Assembly (NCBI GenBank): GCA_032128375.1
Contig: JAQBGU010000181.1
Coordinates: 1-64,000 of the forward strand
Length of the DNA: 64,000 nucleotides
Direction: 5' to 3'
From: Deltaproteobacteria bacterium
GTDB taxonomy: Bacteria > Myxococcota_A > UBA9160 > SMWR01
In this document: piece after piece, positions 53,420 to 61,860 of the stretch
How the letters are laid out: the number at the start of each line of letters is the position of its first letter
Position numbering within the stretch: position 1 is the first letter of the stretch
The notes under the pieces: generated by a model
The model's database searches: none
Seen by the model: only the letters and a program-made list of their open reading frames with translations
Told to the model about the DNA's origin: nothing
Made by a program: the position numbers and the translations under genes

Positions 53420-54784
53420 CGGGGGTGTAATGCTGTGCCGATCCATCTTGAGCTTGAGCGATCGCCTGGTGATGCGGAGCTTGTCGGCGGCGCGAGTCTG
53501 ATTCCAGTTCGCTCGCTCGAGGGCTTCGGTCAGGATCGCTTTCTCGAAGTCTGAGATTGCCTGCTCGAAACCCAGCTGACCGGATCGAATCGCATCCCGA
53601 AGGACTTCCACCCCACTTCCCCGCACGATCGCCGGCGGAAGGTCGTCTCGCCTCAGTACATCGCCCTCTGCCAGTGCGACCGCGTGCTCGATTGCGTTTT
53701 CGAGTTCTCGAACGTTACCGGGCCATGGGTAGCGCTCGAGCGCCGAGACGGCGTCGCGCGAAAGCGTTGCCGCTTGCCGTCCTGCCCGAGAGCAGGCACG
53801 AGCCAGGAAGTGCTCCGAAAGTCTCTCGATGTCGCCGCGACGCTCCACGAGCGGCGGAATTTCGATCGGAACCACGTTGATGCGGTAGAACAGATCCGCG
53901 CGGAATCGCCCGCCCGCCACATCGCTTTCGAGATCGCGGTTTGTGGCCGTGACCACGCGGACATCCACTGCGACGGTCTCGGTGCCGCCAACCCGATCGA
54001 TCTGGTGCTCCTGCAACGCGCGCAGCAGTTTCGCTTGCACACCGAATGCCAGCTCACCGATTTCGTCGAGGAACAGTGTGCCGCCCGATGCGGCCTCGAA
54101 TTTACCGATGCGGCGTTCTCTCGCGTCGGTGAACGCGCCGCGCTCGTGCCCGAAGAGTTCGCTCTCGATCAGGCTCTCGGGTATCGCAGCACAGTTGACC
54201 GTTACCAGGGGTCGATCGGAACGCTTGCTGAGATCGTGGATGGCCTTCGCAACGAGTTCCTTGCCGGTTCCACTTTCGCCGCGAATCAGCACCGTCGCAT
54301 GTGAACTAGCCACCCGCGTGATGGTGTGGAACAGCTGCTTCATCACGAGACTGCGGCCCAGTAACCCGCCAAGGCGTTCGCGGTCGTCGACTTCCGCGCG
54401 CAGACGCACCACCTCGTGCTCGAGCGCGCGGTGGTTCAGCAACTGGTGGACTTTGATACGCAGCGCGTCGATTTCGAACGGTTTTGTGATGTAGTCGACC
54501 GCCCCGCGCTTCATGGCCTCTACTGCGGTTGCGATGGTCTTGGTGGCTGTCAGTACCACCACGGGCGGGGGATCGACGTGCTCGGACAATTCGGCCAGCA
54601 GGTCGAGCCCACTGGCACCTGGCATCACCAAGTCGAGCAGGATCAGATCGGGCTTGGTGTTGCGCAGGAACTCTTGGGCCTCGGCGGCCGAAGCCGCCGT
54701 CGCGACATCGCAGTCTCCCTTGAAGAGCATTCGGAGGGACTCACGAACGCCCGGCTCGTCATCGACTACGAGTAGGCACGGCAT
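53414..54784 (-). CDS. Sigma-54-dependent NtrC/AtoC-family response regulator
   Basis: Receiver, GESGTGKE, ESELFGHERGAFTDA, LFLDEIG, WPGNVREL, Fis-type HTH. Confidence 0.96.
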   Translation of the reverse strand: MPCLLVVDDEPGVRESLRMLFKGDCDVATAASAAEAQEFLRNTKPDLILLDLVMPGASGLDLLAELSEHVDPPPVVVLTATKTIATAVEAMKRGAVDYITKPFEIDALRIKVHQLLNHRALEHEVVRLRAEVDDRERLGGLLGRSLVMKQLFHTITRVASSHATVLIRGESGTGKELVAKAIHDLSKRSDRPLVTVNCAAIPESLIESELFGHERGAFTDARERRIGKFEAASGGTLFLDEIGELAFGVQAKLLRALQEHQIDRVGGTETVAVDVRVVTATNRDLESDVAGGRFRADLFYRINVVPIEIPPLVERRGDIERLSEHFLARACSRAGRQAATLSRDAVSALERYPWPGNVRELENAIEHAVALAEGDVLRRDDLPPAIVRGSGVEVLRDAIRSGQLGFEQAISDFEKAILTEALERANWNQTRAADKLRITRRSLKLKMDRHSITPPV

Positions 54785-54807
54785 GCGGCCGGGAGACTAT
54801 CAGAGGT

Positions 54808-56799
54808 TCAGTCGAGTGAGGCAGGAATGTCGATCAGCATGACGGTTTCGTATCCCTTGGCGAAGTCGATGGCGAATGCACCCGCTTGGCGGCGAACGAT
54901 CGCCTCTGCGATCGCGAAGGACAGCGAATTCTCCGCGGCCGAAACACCGGTAACTCGTGGCGCTGCACTGCCCGATTCCGCTCGCCCAGCGCGGCTGCCG
55001 AAGCGGATCAGGATCCGAATGGCCGGTCCGCTACGAAGCCCAACCGGGTGATGTTGGGTTCCGACGTAGACATCGCCCCGTTCGGGCGAGAGTTCGATCG
55101 TCTTGTCGAGGATCGAATCCAGCGCGATCCGAATCTGGCCCTCGTCTACCAACGCGGGGGGGGCATCGGCCGCCAGTTCCTTCAGGATCAATAGCTTCCG
55201 CGCATGTACCCGCGGTCGACGCTGTTCGAGTAGCTCCTCGATCAACGCGGCAATATCCACACGCACTGGATTGGGCTCAGCCAGCGCCGCCAGCGCCGCC
55301 AATCCAGCGACGACCGCTTCGAGCCGGTGCGCGTCTTGGCCCACCAGTTCGGTGAACGTCTCGCGAAAGTCCGCGTCGTCGTAGCGGGTCGGGAGCAATT
55401 CTGCGAATGTGCGGATCGTCGACAGCGGGTTGCGAATCTCGTGAGCGATCGCTCCCACGAGTCGCTGGATACCACCCACCGCGAGTTGCGGATCCGGCGC
55501 ATCGGCAGCATTTTGGGTTTCTGGCTGCGTTTGGAGACCTTCGGGTGGGGCTTCGGGTCGCGAAATGAACTCGCGAGGGGCCGTGCTGGCGACGGCCGCT
55601 GTGGGCGAGGGTTGCGAGCTGCGATCGAACTGGTCGAACTCCTTCATTGCGTGAGAGTCGATCTGGAAGTGAGCTTCATCGGGGTTGACCGGCGCAAACG
55701 CGGTCCCATCGTATTGCAGCTCGTCGGCGCGTATCGGATCCCCTGCGCCTGCTGCCAGCGTCTGAGCCACAACTGCCTCGAGTTCGCGGAGGTTGCCCGC
55801 CCAGGGGTATTCTTCGAGGACCGCAATGGCGTCCTCGCCGAAGCGGCGCGGGTGTTGGCGCCGGGCCGCGCACCACGCCAGTGCGGTGTTGTTTGCGAAC
55901 GGAGCGATTAGGTGGCGCCTCTCGCGAACGCTGGGGATCCGAATCGAGAGGCCGCTGAGCGCATCGCGCAATACGGGCTGAATGGCGAGGCTGGCGCCCG
56001 GCTCGAACGCATCGCAGGCCGTTGCGATCCAACGCGCGACCCGGCAGCGCAGCGCGCTCGCCGGTAGGCCGAATTCGATCCAGCGCGCCAGCTGTCGCTG
56101 GGTCGGGATCGAAAGGGCGTCGGTCTCGTCGAGCCAGATGGTACAACGCAGCGATGCATCTATGTCGCCCGCAGCGTCATGGATCGCATCCCGCAGGGAT
56201 GCCCCGGTCATCGATCTCGTGCAGACCACGTGGACGAACTGGCTTGCGTCGCCCTGACCGAACCCGTGCACATAGCGCGCGAGCAGTCCACGCCCGCTGC
56301 CGTCTTCTCCCAGGATCAGCAGCGGTGTGTCGCCGAGCTGGGGGTCGAGTGCCTGCAGCAGCGTGGGGAACTCGAGGTCCGCAAACCACCTCGAGAAACG
56401 CTGCGACAGCAAATCGCGCGCGGGTCGCATCGACAGCGGCAACCGAGACGAAAGCGCTTGCTTGCTGCGAAGACACGCCCGCAGTGAGCGTGCGTCGGGC
56501 GGAAAGCTGAGGATGTCGGCATCGATCGCGTCGAACAGTTCCCGAGCCAGTGGCACGTCAGTTCCCTCCGCGACGAGGACCCAGCGAGCGTCCGGGAGAC
56601 GGCCCGCAATCCGGTGTGCGAATTCCAGTTCGGCTTCGAGGTCGCCCGCGAGACCCAGCAGCACGACATTGGCCGGCGGTGCCGAATCGAACCGCGGATC
56701 ACCGGGACCACCGCTGACCGCACCCGCTCCCGCGCCGGCCGACCGCGCCAGGTCTGCACGGCGCCGCGAATCCCGATGAACGATCCAGAGTGTCGACAT
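54808..56799 (-). CDS. Fusion: pseudo-receiver, degenerate sigma-54 AAA+, HisKA and degenerate HATPase
   Basis: GEDGSGRGLLAR, IWLDE, YPWAGNLREL, AHEIRNPL; lacks the receiver Asp, GAFTGA and the N/G boxes. Confidence 0.8.
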   Translation of the reverse strand: MSTLWIVHRDSRRRADLARSAGAGAGAVSGGPGDPRFDSAPPANVVLLGLAGDLEAELEFAHRIAGRLPDARWVLVAEGTDVPLARELFDAIDADILSFPPDARSLRACLRSKQALSSRLPLSMRPARDLLSQRFSRWFADLEFPTLLQALDPQLGDTPLLILGEDGSGRGLLARYVHGFGQGDASQFVHVVCTRSMTGASLRDAIHDAAGDIDASLRCTIWLDETDALSIPTQRQLARWIEFGLPASALRCRVARWIATACDAFEPGASLAIQPVLRDALSGLSIRIPSVRERRHLIAPFANNTALAWCAARRQHPRRFGEDAIAVLEEYPWAGNLRELEAVVAQTLAAGAGDPIRADELQYDGTAFAPVNPDEAHFQIDSHAMKEFDQFDRSSQPSPTAAVASTAPREFISRPEAPPEGLQTQPETQNAADAPDPQLAVGGIQRLVGAIAHEIRNPLSTIRTFAELLPTRYDDADFRETFTELVGQDAHRLEAVVAGLAALAALAEPNPVRVDIAALIEELLEQRRPRVHARKLLILKELAADAPPALVDEGQIRIALDSILDKTIELSPERGDVYVGTQHHPVGLRSGPAIRILIRFGSRAGRAESGSAAPRVTGVSAAENSLSFAIAEAIVRRQAGAFAIDFAKGYETVMLIDIPASLD

Positions 56800-56926
56800 G
56801 AGCTGGTTTTGGCGCTCCAGGCTGGACCTCGTGAACTCGGCGTGCCACACCGTATCGCGAACTGCGCGACGCCAGAGTGCACGCCCCGGGGCCCGCGCCA
56901 CCACGGATTTCCCCGGTAACTACCAG

Positions 56927-56942
56927 CGCAATCTGCGTGCCA
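56927..56942 (-). promoter_or_regulatory. Sigma-54 promoter upstream of the fusion/NtrC-type operon
   Basis: Minus strand TGGCACGCAGATTGCG, a near-perfect -24/-12 consensus. Confidence 0.85.
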
Positions 56943-57135
56943 AGCCCGTGGGCAAGTCCGCGCACACGCACCATGCACCGACAACCCGCCGAGATCGCAC
57001 GCCAATCGAACGATCTTCAGGCCCCGGCAACAACCCGGCGCGATTCAAATCGCGGCGCAGCATGGGAAAAAGATTGCTCAACAAAGAGAACGTTGCTCCG
57101 GCGGCATCACTCTGCCAGAGTGTGCTGTCCGGGGG

Positions 57136-58677
57136 TTGAGTGTGACAGTCGTCGACGGAGGACCGCAGGTCCGACTCAGGAATTGGTTCGATCGGCCGTA
57201 TGATGATGCGATCTCGGCAGCGCGCACCTGCTACTCGAGTCGAGTCATTGGACCTGAAGAGATAACCGACCGCCAACGTCAGAACATCGGTCCATTGACG
57301 TTCGGCGGAGGTCACCACACGGTGTTTCAGCACGCGACGTTCGAATTCGCGCTGTCGGGAATCTCGCGCCAGCTCGTATGGTCGTTCCTGCACGGTTTCC
57401 CGTTCTACAACACCGAACAGCAGAGCCAACGCTACGTCCGACTCGACGAGGTCACCGCGCACGTGCCCCCGACACTGGTGGGTCGCGATCGGGAGTGCTT
57501 CGAGTCGTCGATCAGCGACTCATGGCGCGCCTATGGAGAGCTCACCCAGAGACTCATTCCAGTCACCCGGCAAATTCTCTCGGATCTGTGGAGGCTTCCC
57601 GCCCGAAAGTCGATTGCGTTTGGGAAGAACATCGAGCGAGAAGCAGAGAAGCGCGCGATCGAAACCGCACGCTATGTGCTCCCGATTGGTTGCCACACCG
57701 CGATGGTCTACACCATCTCAGGTATTGTGCTTCACCGATTGCGACGCATGGCGCGCGTCGGTGATGTGCCGATCGAGGCGATGGACGTCGTCGGACGGAT
57801 GGTCGCCGAAGTGGAGCGCGTGGACGCGGACTTCTTCTCCAAGATCGGCGAGGACCCGCTCGAGAGCGAAGAGGTGGTTGAATCCGGCTACGCGCCGGCT
57901 GGTCTCGGCGATCCCATCGCTATCAAGGCGTTTGATAAATCACTCGACGGCCGATGTTCGCGACTGATCGACTACAGCCAGCGTGCACCGCAGGTGATCG
58001 CCGATGCGGTCCGCAACGTGCTCGGCCGATTCGATCTCGACGATGAAACGGCTCTGGAGATGGTTCTCGACCCGGCTCTGAACCGCTACCGCGTCGATAC
58101 ACTGAACGTGTCGACCCATGCACCGATCATGCGCACCTTGGCGCATGCCTACTACACGTTTCGCCGAAAGCTGTCGCACACGGCGGATTCCCAGGACCAG
58201 CGACACCGAACGGTGCCCGGCTCGCGGCCGCTGCTGAGCCGGACGGTCCCTGCAAGCGTCGACGTCATCGAACCCGAGCTGATCCAGGACGATCCGCGTG
58301 CAAACGAATTGTTTCACGATGCGGTGGGAGCAGCTTGGCAAGCGCGCTCTCAGTTGCTGGACCGCGGCATCGAGCCAGAACTCGCTCTGTATGTGCTTCC
58401 CAATGCGCTGTCCGTTCGCTTTGACGAATCGGGCTCGCTGCTCGATCTGATCCACAAGTGGACGATGCGAACCTGCCTCAACGCACAGCGCGAGATCTGG
58501 CGCGCATCCATGGACGAAATCGAACAGGTCGGTGAAGTGCATCCGAGTCTCGTCAAGCATGTGGGCCCCCCATGCTTTGTTCGAACGGGCGTCGTCCGCC
58601 CGCGTTGTACCGAGGGTTCACATTTCTGCGGAGTTCCTGTATGGAAATCGTTTCCGGAAGTCGAGCGCACCATCTGA
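57136..58677 (+). CDS. thyX: Flavin-dependent thymidylate synthase family protein with two tandem Thy1 domains
   Basis: Domain 1 GH.TVF.H..F.F...GISR and QQSQRYV, ARYVLP; domain 2 QRHR, YVLPNA, R.C..AQ.EI. Confidence 0.78.
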   Translation: MSVTVVDGGPQVRLRNWFDRPYDDAISAARTCYSSRVIGPEEITDRQRQNIGPLTFGGGHHTVFQHATFEFALSGISRQLVWSFLHGFPFYNTEQQSQRYVRLDEVTAHVPPTLVGRDRECFESSISDSWRAYGELTQRLIPVTRQILSDLWRLPARKSIAFGKNIEREAEKRAIETARYVLPIGCHTAMVYTISGIVLHRLRRMARVGDVPIEAMDVVGRMVAEVERVDADFFSKIGEDPLESEEVVESGYAPAGLGDPIAIKAFDKSLDGRCSRLIDYSQRAPQVIADAVRNVLGRFDLDDETALEMVLDPALNRYRVDTLNVSTHAPIMRTLAHAYYTFRRKLSHTADSQDQRHRTVPGSRPLLSRTVPASVDVIEPELIQDDPRANELFHDAVGAAWQARSQLLDRGIEPELALYVLPNALSVRFDESGSLLDLIHKWTMRTCLNAQREIWRASMDEIEQVGEVHPSLVKHVGPPCFVRTGVVRPRCTEGSHFCGVPVWKSFPEVERTI

Positions 58678-58706
58678 CACAGCATGGCTCTGGTGCCTGG
58701 TTTGCG

Positions 58707-59417
58707 ATGGCGTTGCTTGCGGTTGCATTGCTGCTGCCGTCCGCAGCGATCGCAGAAACTGATGTTGTCGGCGCGTGGCACGTTCTCATTCACTACAAAG
58801 ACGACAACGCCGAGCATCCAGAACGAGAGCGATGGGACGACCGGGTATGGGTATTCGAAACGACGGGAAGCCGGCTGCGATGGACCGAGTATCCGATCGT
58901 CGTGTTCGACGAAGATTCCGGGCGGTTCGACTCATCGATGGGGCGCTCCTCGCGCGTCTTGGCATTTTGGACGCCGAGCCCTACCCAGATTGCCGATATC
59001 AAAGATGGACTTTCCGTAAACGAGCGCGGAATGAAATCCAAGAGCTTGCGCAAATCCGATGACGGTTGGGCGTCGTTCTCCCAGGCTTCTGCCGCATCAG
59101 CGTCGGTGATTGGCTACACCGAGTACTGGAGCATCGAAAATGGGCCGACTGGACCCATCTTCAAGCGCGAGGATGTGCTCGGCTCCGAGCGGTCGGAAGA
59201 CCTCGATGGCGTCACGCTTTATACGACCGAACAGGTCGAGTCGGATGGCAGCATGCTGCGAGGCCAGTTCGTCCGCGACGGCTCGCGACATGGGAGCTTC
59301 CAGATGATGCGCGCGGCCGGCACAGAAGGCCTCAAAAGCGATGGCAAGACTCCGAACGAAAAGGCCAACGAGCGCGGCATGCAAGCGTTGGAAGCCCTCG
59401 GCTACGGAGCCGAATAA
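58707..59417 (+). CDS. Exported hypothetical protein
   Basis: Signal peptide MALLAVALLLPSAAIA, typical codon usage, no recognised domain. Confidence 0.65.
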   Translation: MALLAVALLLPSAAIAETDVVGAWHVLIHYKDDNAEHPERERWDDRVWVFETTGSRLRWTEYPIVVFDEDSGRFDSSMGRSSRVLAFWTPSPTQIADIKDGLSVNERGMKSKSLRKSDDGWASFSQASAASASVIGYTEYWSIENGPTGPIFKREDVLGSERSEDLDGVTLYTTEQVESDGSMLRGQFVRDGSRHGSFQMMRAAGTEGLKSDGKTPNEKANERGMQALEALGYGAE

Positions 59418-59898
59418 ACCGGATCGCGCCGCCGCAATCCGTCGTGCAGGCCCACGCGATTTGGCCACTCTCGCAGCGTTGTGGACGGCGCTCACCGCCC
59501 ACCACGAGAGCATGGATCCGATCTTCGAGATGCGTGCTGGTGCGGATCTGGAAGTCCGACGTTTGGTCGACGCGATGCTGCGCGACCCGGACGGAGCAGT
59601 CTTCGTCTGTGAGTCGAACCCGAGCCATCTATTGGGCTTCTGCGCGGTGCGGGTCGACCGCGCTCCGCCCATCCTGATCGAGCGCGACCGCGCCGAAATC
59701 ACGGACTTGCTGGTTCGCGTTGGCGCGCGCCGCCGCGGGCTGGGGCGCAGGCTGGTAGAAAGCGCCAGCACATGGGTCAAGCAACAGGGACTCGACCGCT
59801 GCGAGGTGCGCGTCGCCGCGCAGAACGGCGAGGGACAGGCGTTCTGGCGAGCGATGGGTTTTGCCGACCTGTTGGACGTCTTGCAACGGCGGCTGTAG
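59341..59898 (+). CDS. GNAT-family N-acetyltransferase
   Basis: IRRA...DL, L.V....RRRGLG..L, N..G.AFW...GF; start uncertain. Confidence 0.85.
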   Translation: MARLRTKRPTSAACKRWKPSATEPNKPDRAAAIRRAGPRDLATLAALWTALTAHHESMDPIFEMRAGADLEVRRLVDAMLRDPDGAVFVCESNPSHLLGFCAVRVDRAPPILIERDRAEITDLLVRVGARRRGLGRRLVESASTWVKQQGLDRCEVRVAAQNGEGQAFWRAMGFADLLDVLQRRL

Positions 59899-59930
59899 TT
59901 GCGCGATGGTGTCGCCCGCGCCGCGGGTTC

Positions 59931-60111
59931 TCAGCTCGATTGGCGGCTGGCCGCCATCGCGGCCAGCACGAGCAGCACAACCGCGTGTGATGCGGCCTCG
60001 CCCGGTTCTTCGAGGGTTCCCGTGGTGTTGCCCACGAAAGGGTTGTTGATGGGGATGCCGTATTGGCCGTTGGTCGGGGAACAGAGTGCTGATTCCCAGC
60101 GGGTCGAGCAC
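59931..60111 (-). pseudogene. Relic of a PQQ-dependent sugar dehydrogenase-like gene with a PEP-CTERM-like tail
   Basis: LDPLG, then a frameshift to NGQYGIPINNPFVG, joined almost directly to EEPG plus a hydrophobic stretch and Arg. Confidence 0.5.
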
Positions 60112-60164
60112 AGTTGAACGCTCCCGCTGGCAACGGCCAATCGTTGGGAATTTGAGGCAAGGCG

Positions 60165-61748
60165 TTAGTCGTGGAGTTCGAGTTCGTCGAGAATTTCGAG
60201 CAGTGTGGTGACGGCTTTGACGAGCGGCTCGATGGCAGCTCGTTCGTTGTGACCGTGGACGCCGCTACTGTCTTCGGGCCGCAGTGCCCTGGGCGTGAAA
60301 CCGTACGCGGTGATTCCGATGTCTCGAAAATAGTGGGCATCGGTAAAACCGATCGTGACTGAGGGTACCGTCGGCGCGGCTGGAGTCTCGCGCGCGGCAA
60401 CCGCCTGGATCGCCGCATACAACGCAGTGTCGGTCGGTGAACTGCGCGCGTGGAACGACAACAGGTTGTCAACGCTGATGCCGTGGTCGGCTATCGCATG
60501 TCGCACGCTATCGATGAATGCATCGCAGTTTTCGCCAGGTAGCAGTCTGGCGTCGAGGTGCGCGATCGCTTGTGCGGGCAGCACATTGGTGCTTGAACCG
60601 CCCTGCAGGACGGTCGCTGTAATCGTATTGCTTACCAGCGCTGCCTGGACGCGAATCGTCATGAATCGGCTGCGAAACGCCGGGTCTGTCTGCAGCCGGT
60701 TTTCGAGGTCCGTGTACGCGGACGCATCCTCGGGCGCTGCCAGCGGTGCCAGCGCGAGGTACATCGCTTTGACTTCTGGGACGACCTGAATCGGCAAGTC
60801 CATCTGATTCACGCGTGCGAGCGCAGAGATCAGCCTTGGGACTGCAGCGTCGCGCGGCGGCACGGAACTGTGTCCCGCCTTTCCATGAGCGGTGACTCGC
60901 ATCCAACACGGGCTCTTTTCGACCACCCCGATTCGCCACAGATCGGGCTCCGGGTCGCGGCGGTCCAGGATGCCCCCTCCCTCGGTCAACAGGTATTCGG
61001 CGTCACCCAGCAGGTCGGCTCGATTGCTTGTGATGTAGCCCGCACCGTCGAGGCCACCGCTCTCCTCGTCGGGCGTCGCCAGCAGAATCACATCGCGTTC
61101 GAGTGGAGTCTCGCGGCGCGCGAGTTCGAGCATGGTCATCAGGTGCACGACCCCGACGCCCTTCGCATCGAGGGCACCGCGACCACTCACGTAGCCATCT
61201 CGCACGATGCCGCCGAACGGGTCGTCGTCCCATTGCATGGGATCGGCGGCCACCGTATCGAGGTGGGACAACAATATGACCGGGCGTTTGCGACCCGACC
61301 CGCGCACCACACCCCACGCACTGGCGCGGCCGACACGTGAGTCGCCATCCGGTGTATCGACGACGAGGGTCTCGATCCCCGCTTCGCTCATCACCGATGC
61401 GAAGTACACAGCAAGCGGTCTTTCGTCACCCGGCGGGTTGACGGTTTCAATCTGGATCGCCCGCGACAAAATGGCCGCGAGCAGTCGATCATCAGGCGCA
61501 GCGGGTCTCGCAACGGAGGTTTCTCGAGCCGCGCAACCGAAAATTTGCACTTGTAGTGAAAAAGATACGATCAACGCGAAGCAGATCTTCCGGAACGCTC
61601 GAGGAGCCGTGCGGGTGATCGCCTTCAGTTCGAAAAATCGTTTTCCATTTCGCGAGTTTGTGCAGATATCGCCGATACACATACTGGTTTGACCTGGTTC
61701 GATTCTGGAAATCTGATCCCCGAGGGGCTTTTTCGCTGTTACGGACAT
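60165..61748 (-). CDS. M20/M25/M40-family metallopeptidase (possible lipoprotein)
   Basis: SHLDTV, GRGALDAKG, DEE, EGG, HGHNE; start uncertain and likely downstream of 61748. Confidence 0.9.
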   Translation of the reverse strand: MSVTAKKPLGDQISRIEPGQTSMCIGDICTNSRNGKRFFELKAITRTAPRAFRKICFALIVSFSLQVQIFGCAARETSVARPAAPDDRLLAAILSRAIQIETVNPPGDERPLAVYFASVMSEAGIETLVVDTPDGDSRVGRASAWGVVRGSGRKRPVILLSHLDTVAADPMQWDDDPFGGIVRDGYVSGRGALDAKGVGVVHLMTMLELARRETPLERDVILLATPDEESGGLDGAGYITSNRADLLGDAEYLLTEGGGILDRRDPEPDLWRIGVVEKSPCWMRVTAHGKAGHSSVPPRDAAVPRLISALARVNQMDLPIQVVPEVKAMYLALAPLAAPEDASAYTDLENRLQTDPAFRSRFMTIRVQAALVSNTITATVLQGGSSTNVLPAQAIAHLDARLLPGENCDAFIDSVRHAIADHGISVDNLLSFHARSSPTDTALYAAIQAVAARETPAAPTVPSVTIGFTDAHYFRDIGITAYGFTPRALRPEDSSGVHGHNERAAIEPLVKAVTTLLEILDELELHD

Positions 61749-61860
61749 CTGTGAGTTCGGTCACAACATCGCATCTTGAATGAGTTATTTACCGTGCGCG
61801 ACCGGATGCCGAAAGCTAACCAGTCGCTCGATAATTCCGAAGCGGGGGGTGGTCCATCAG

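Noticed and set aside
56830..56847. Additional minus-strand TGGCACG motif near the fusion gene start
   Set aside because: Lacks the -12 GC at the required spacing
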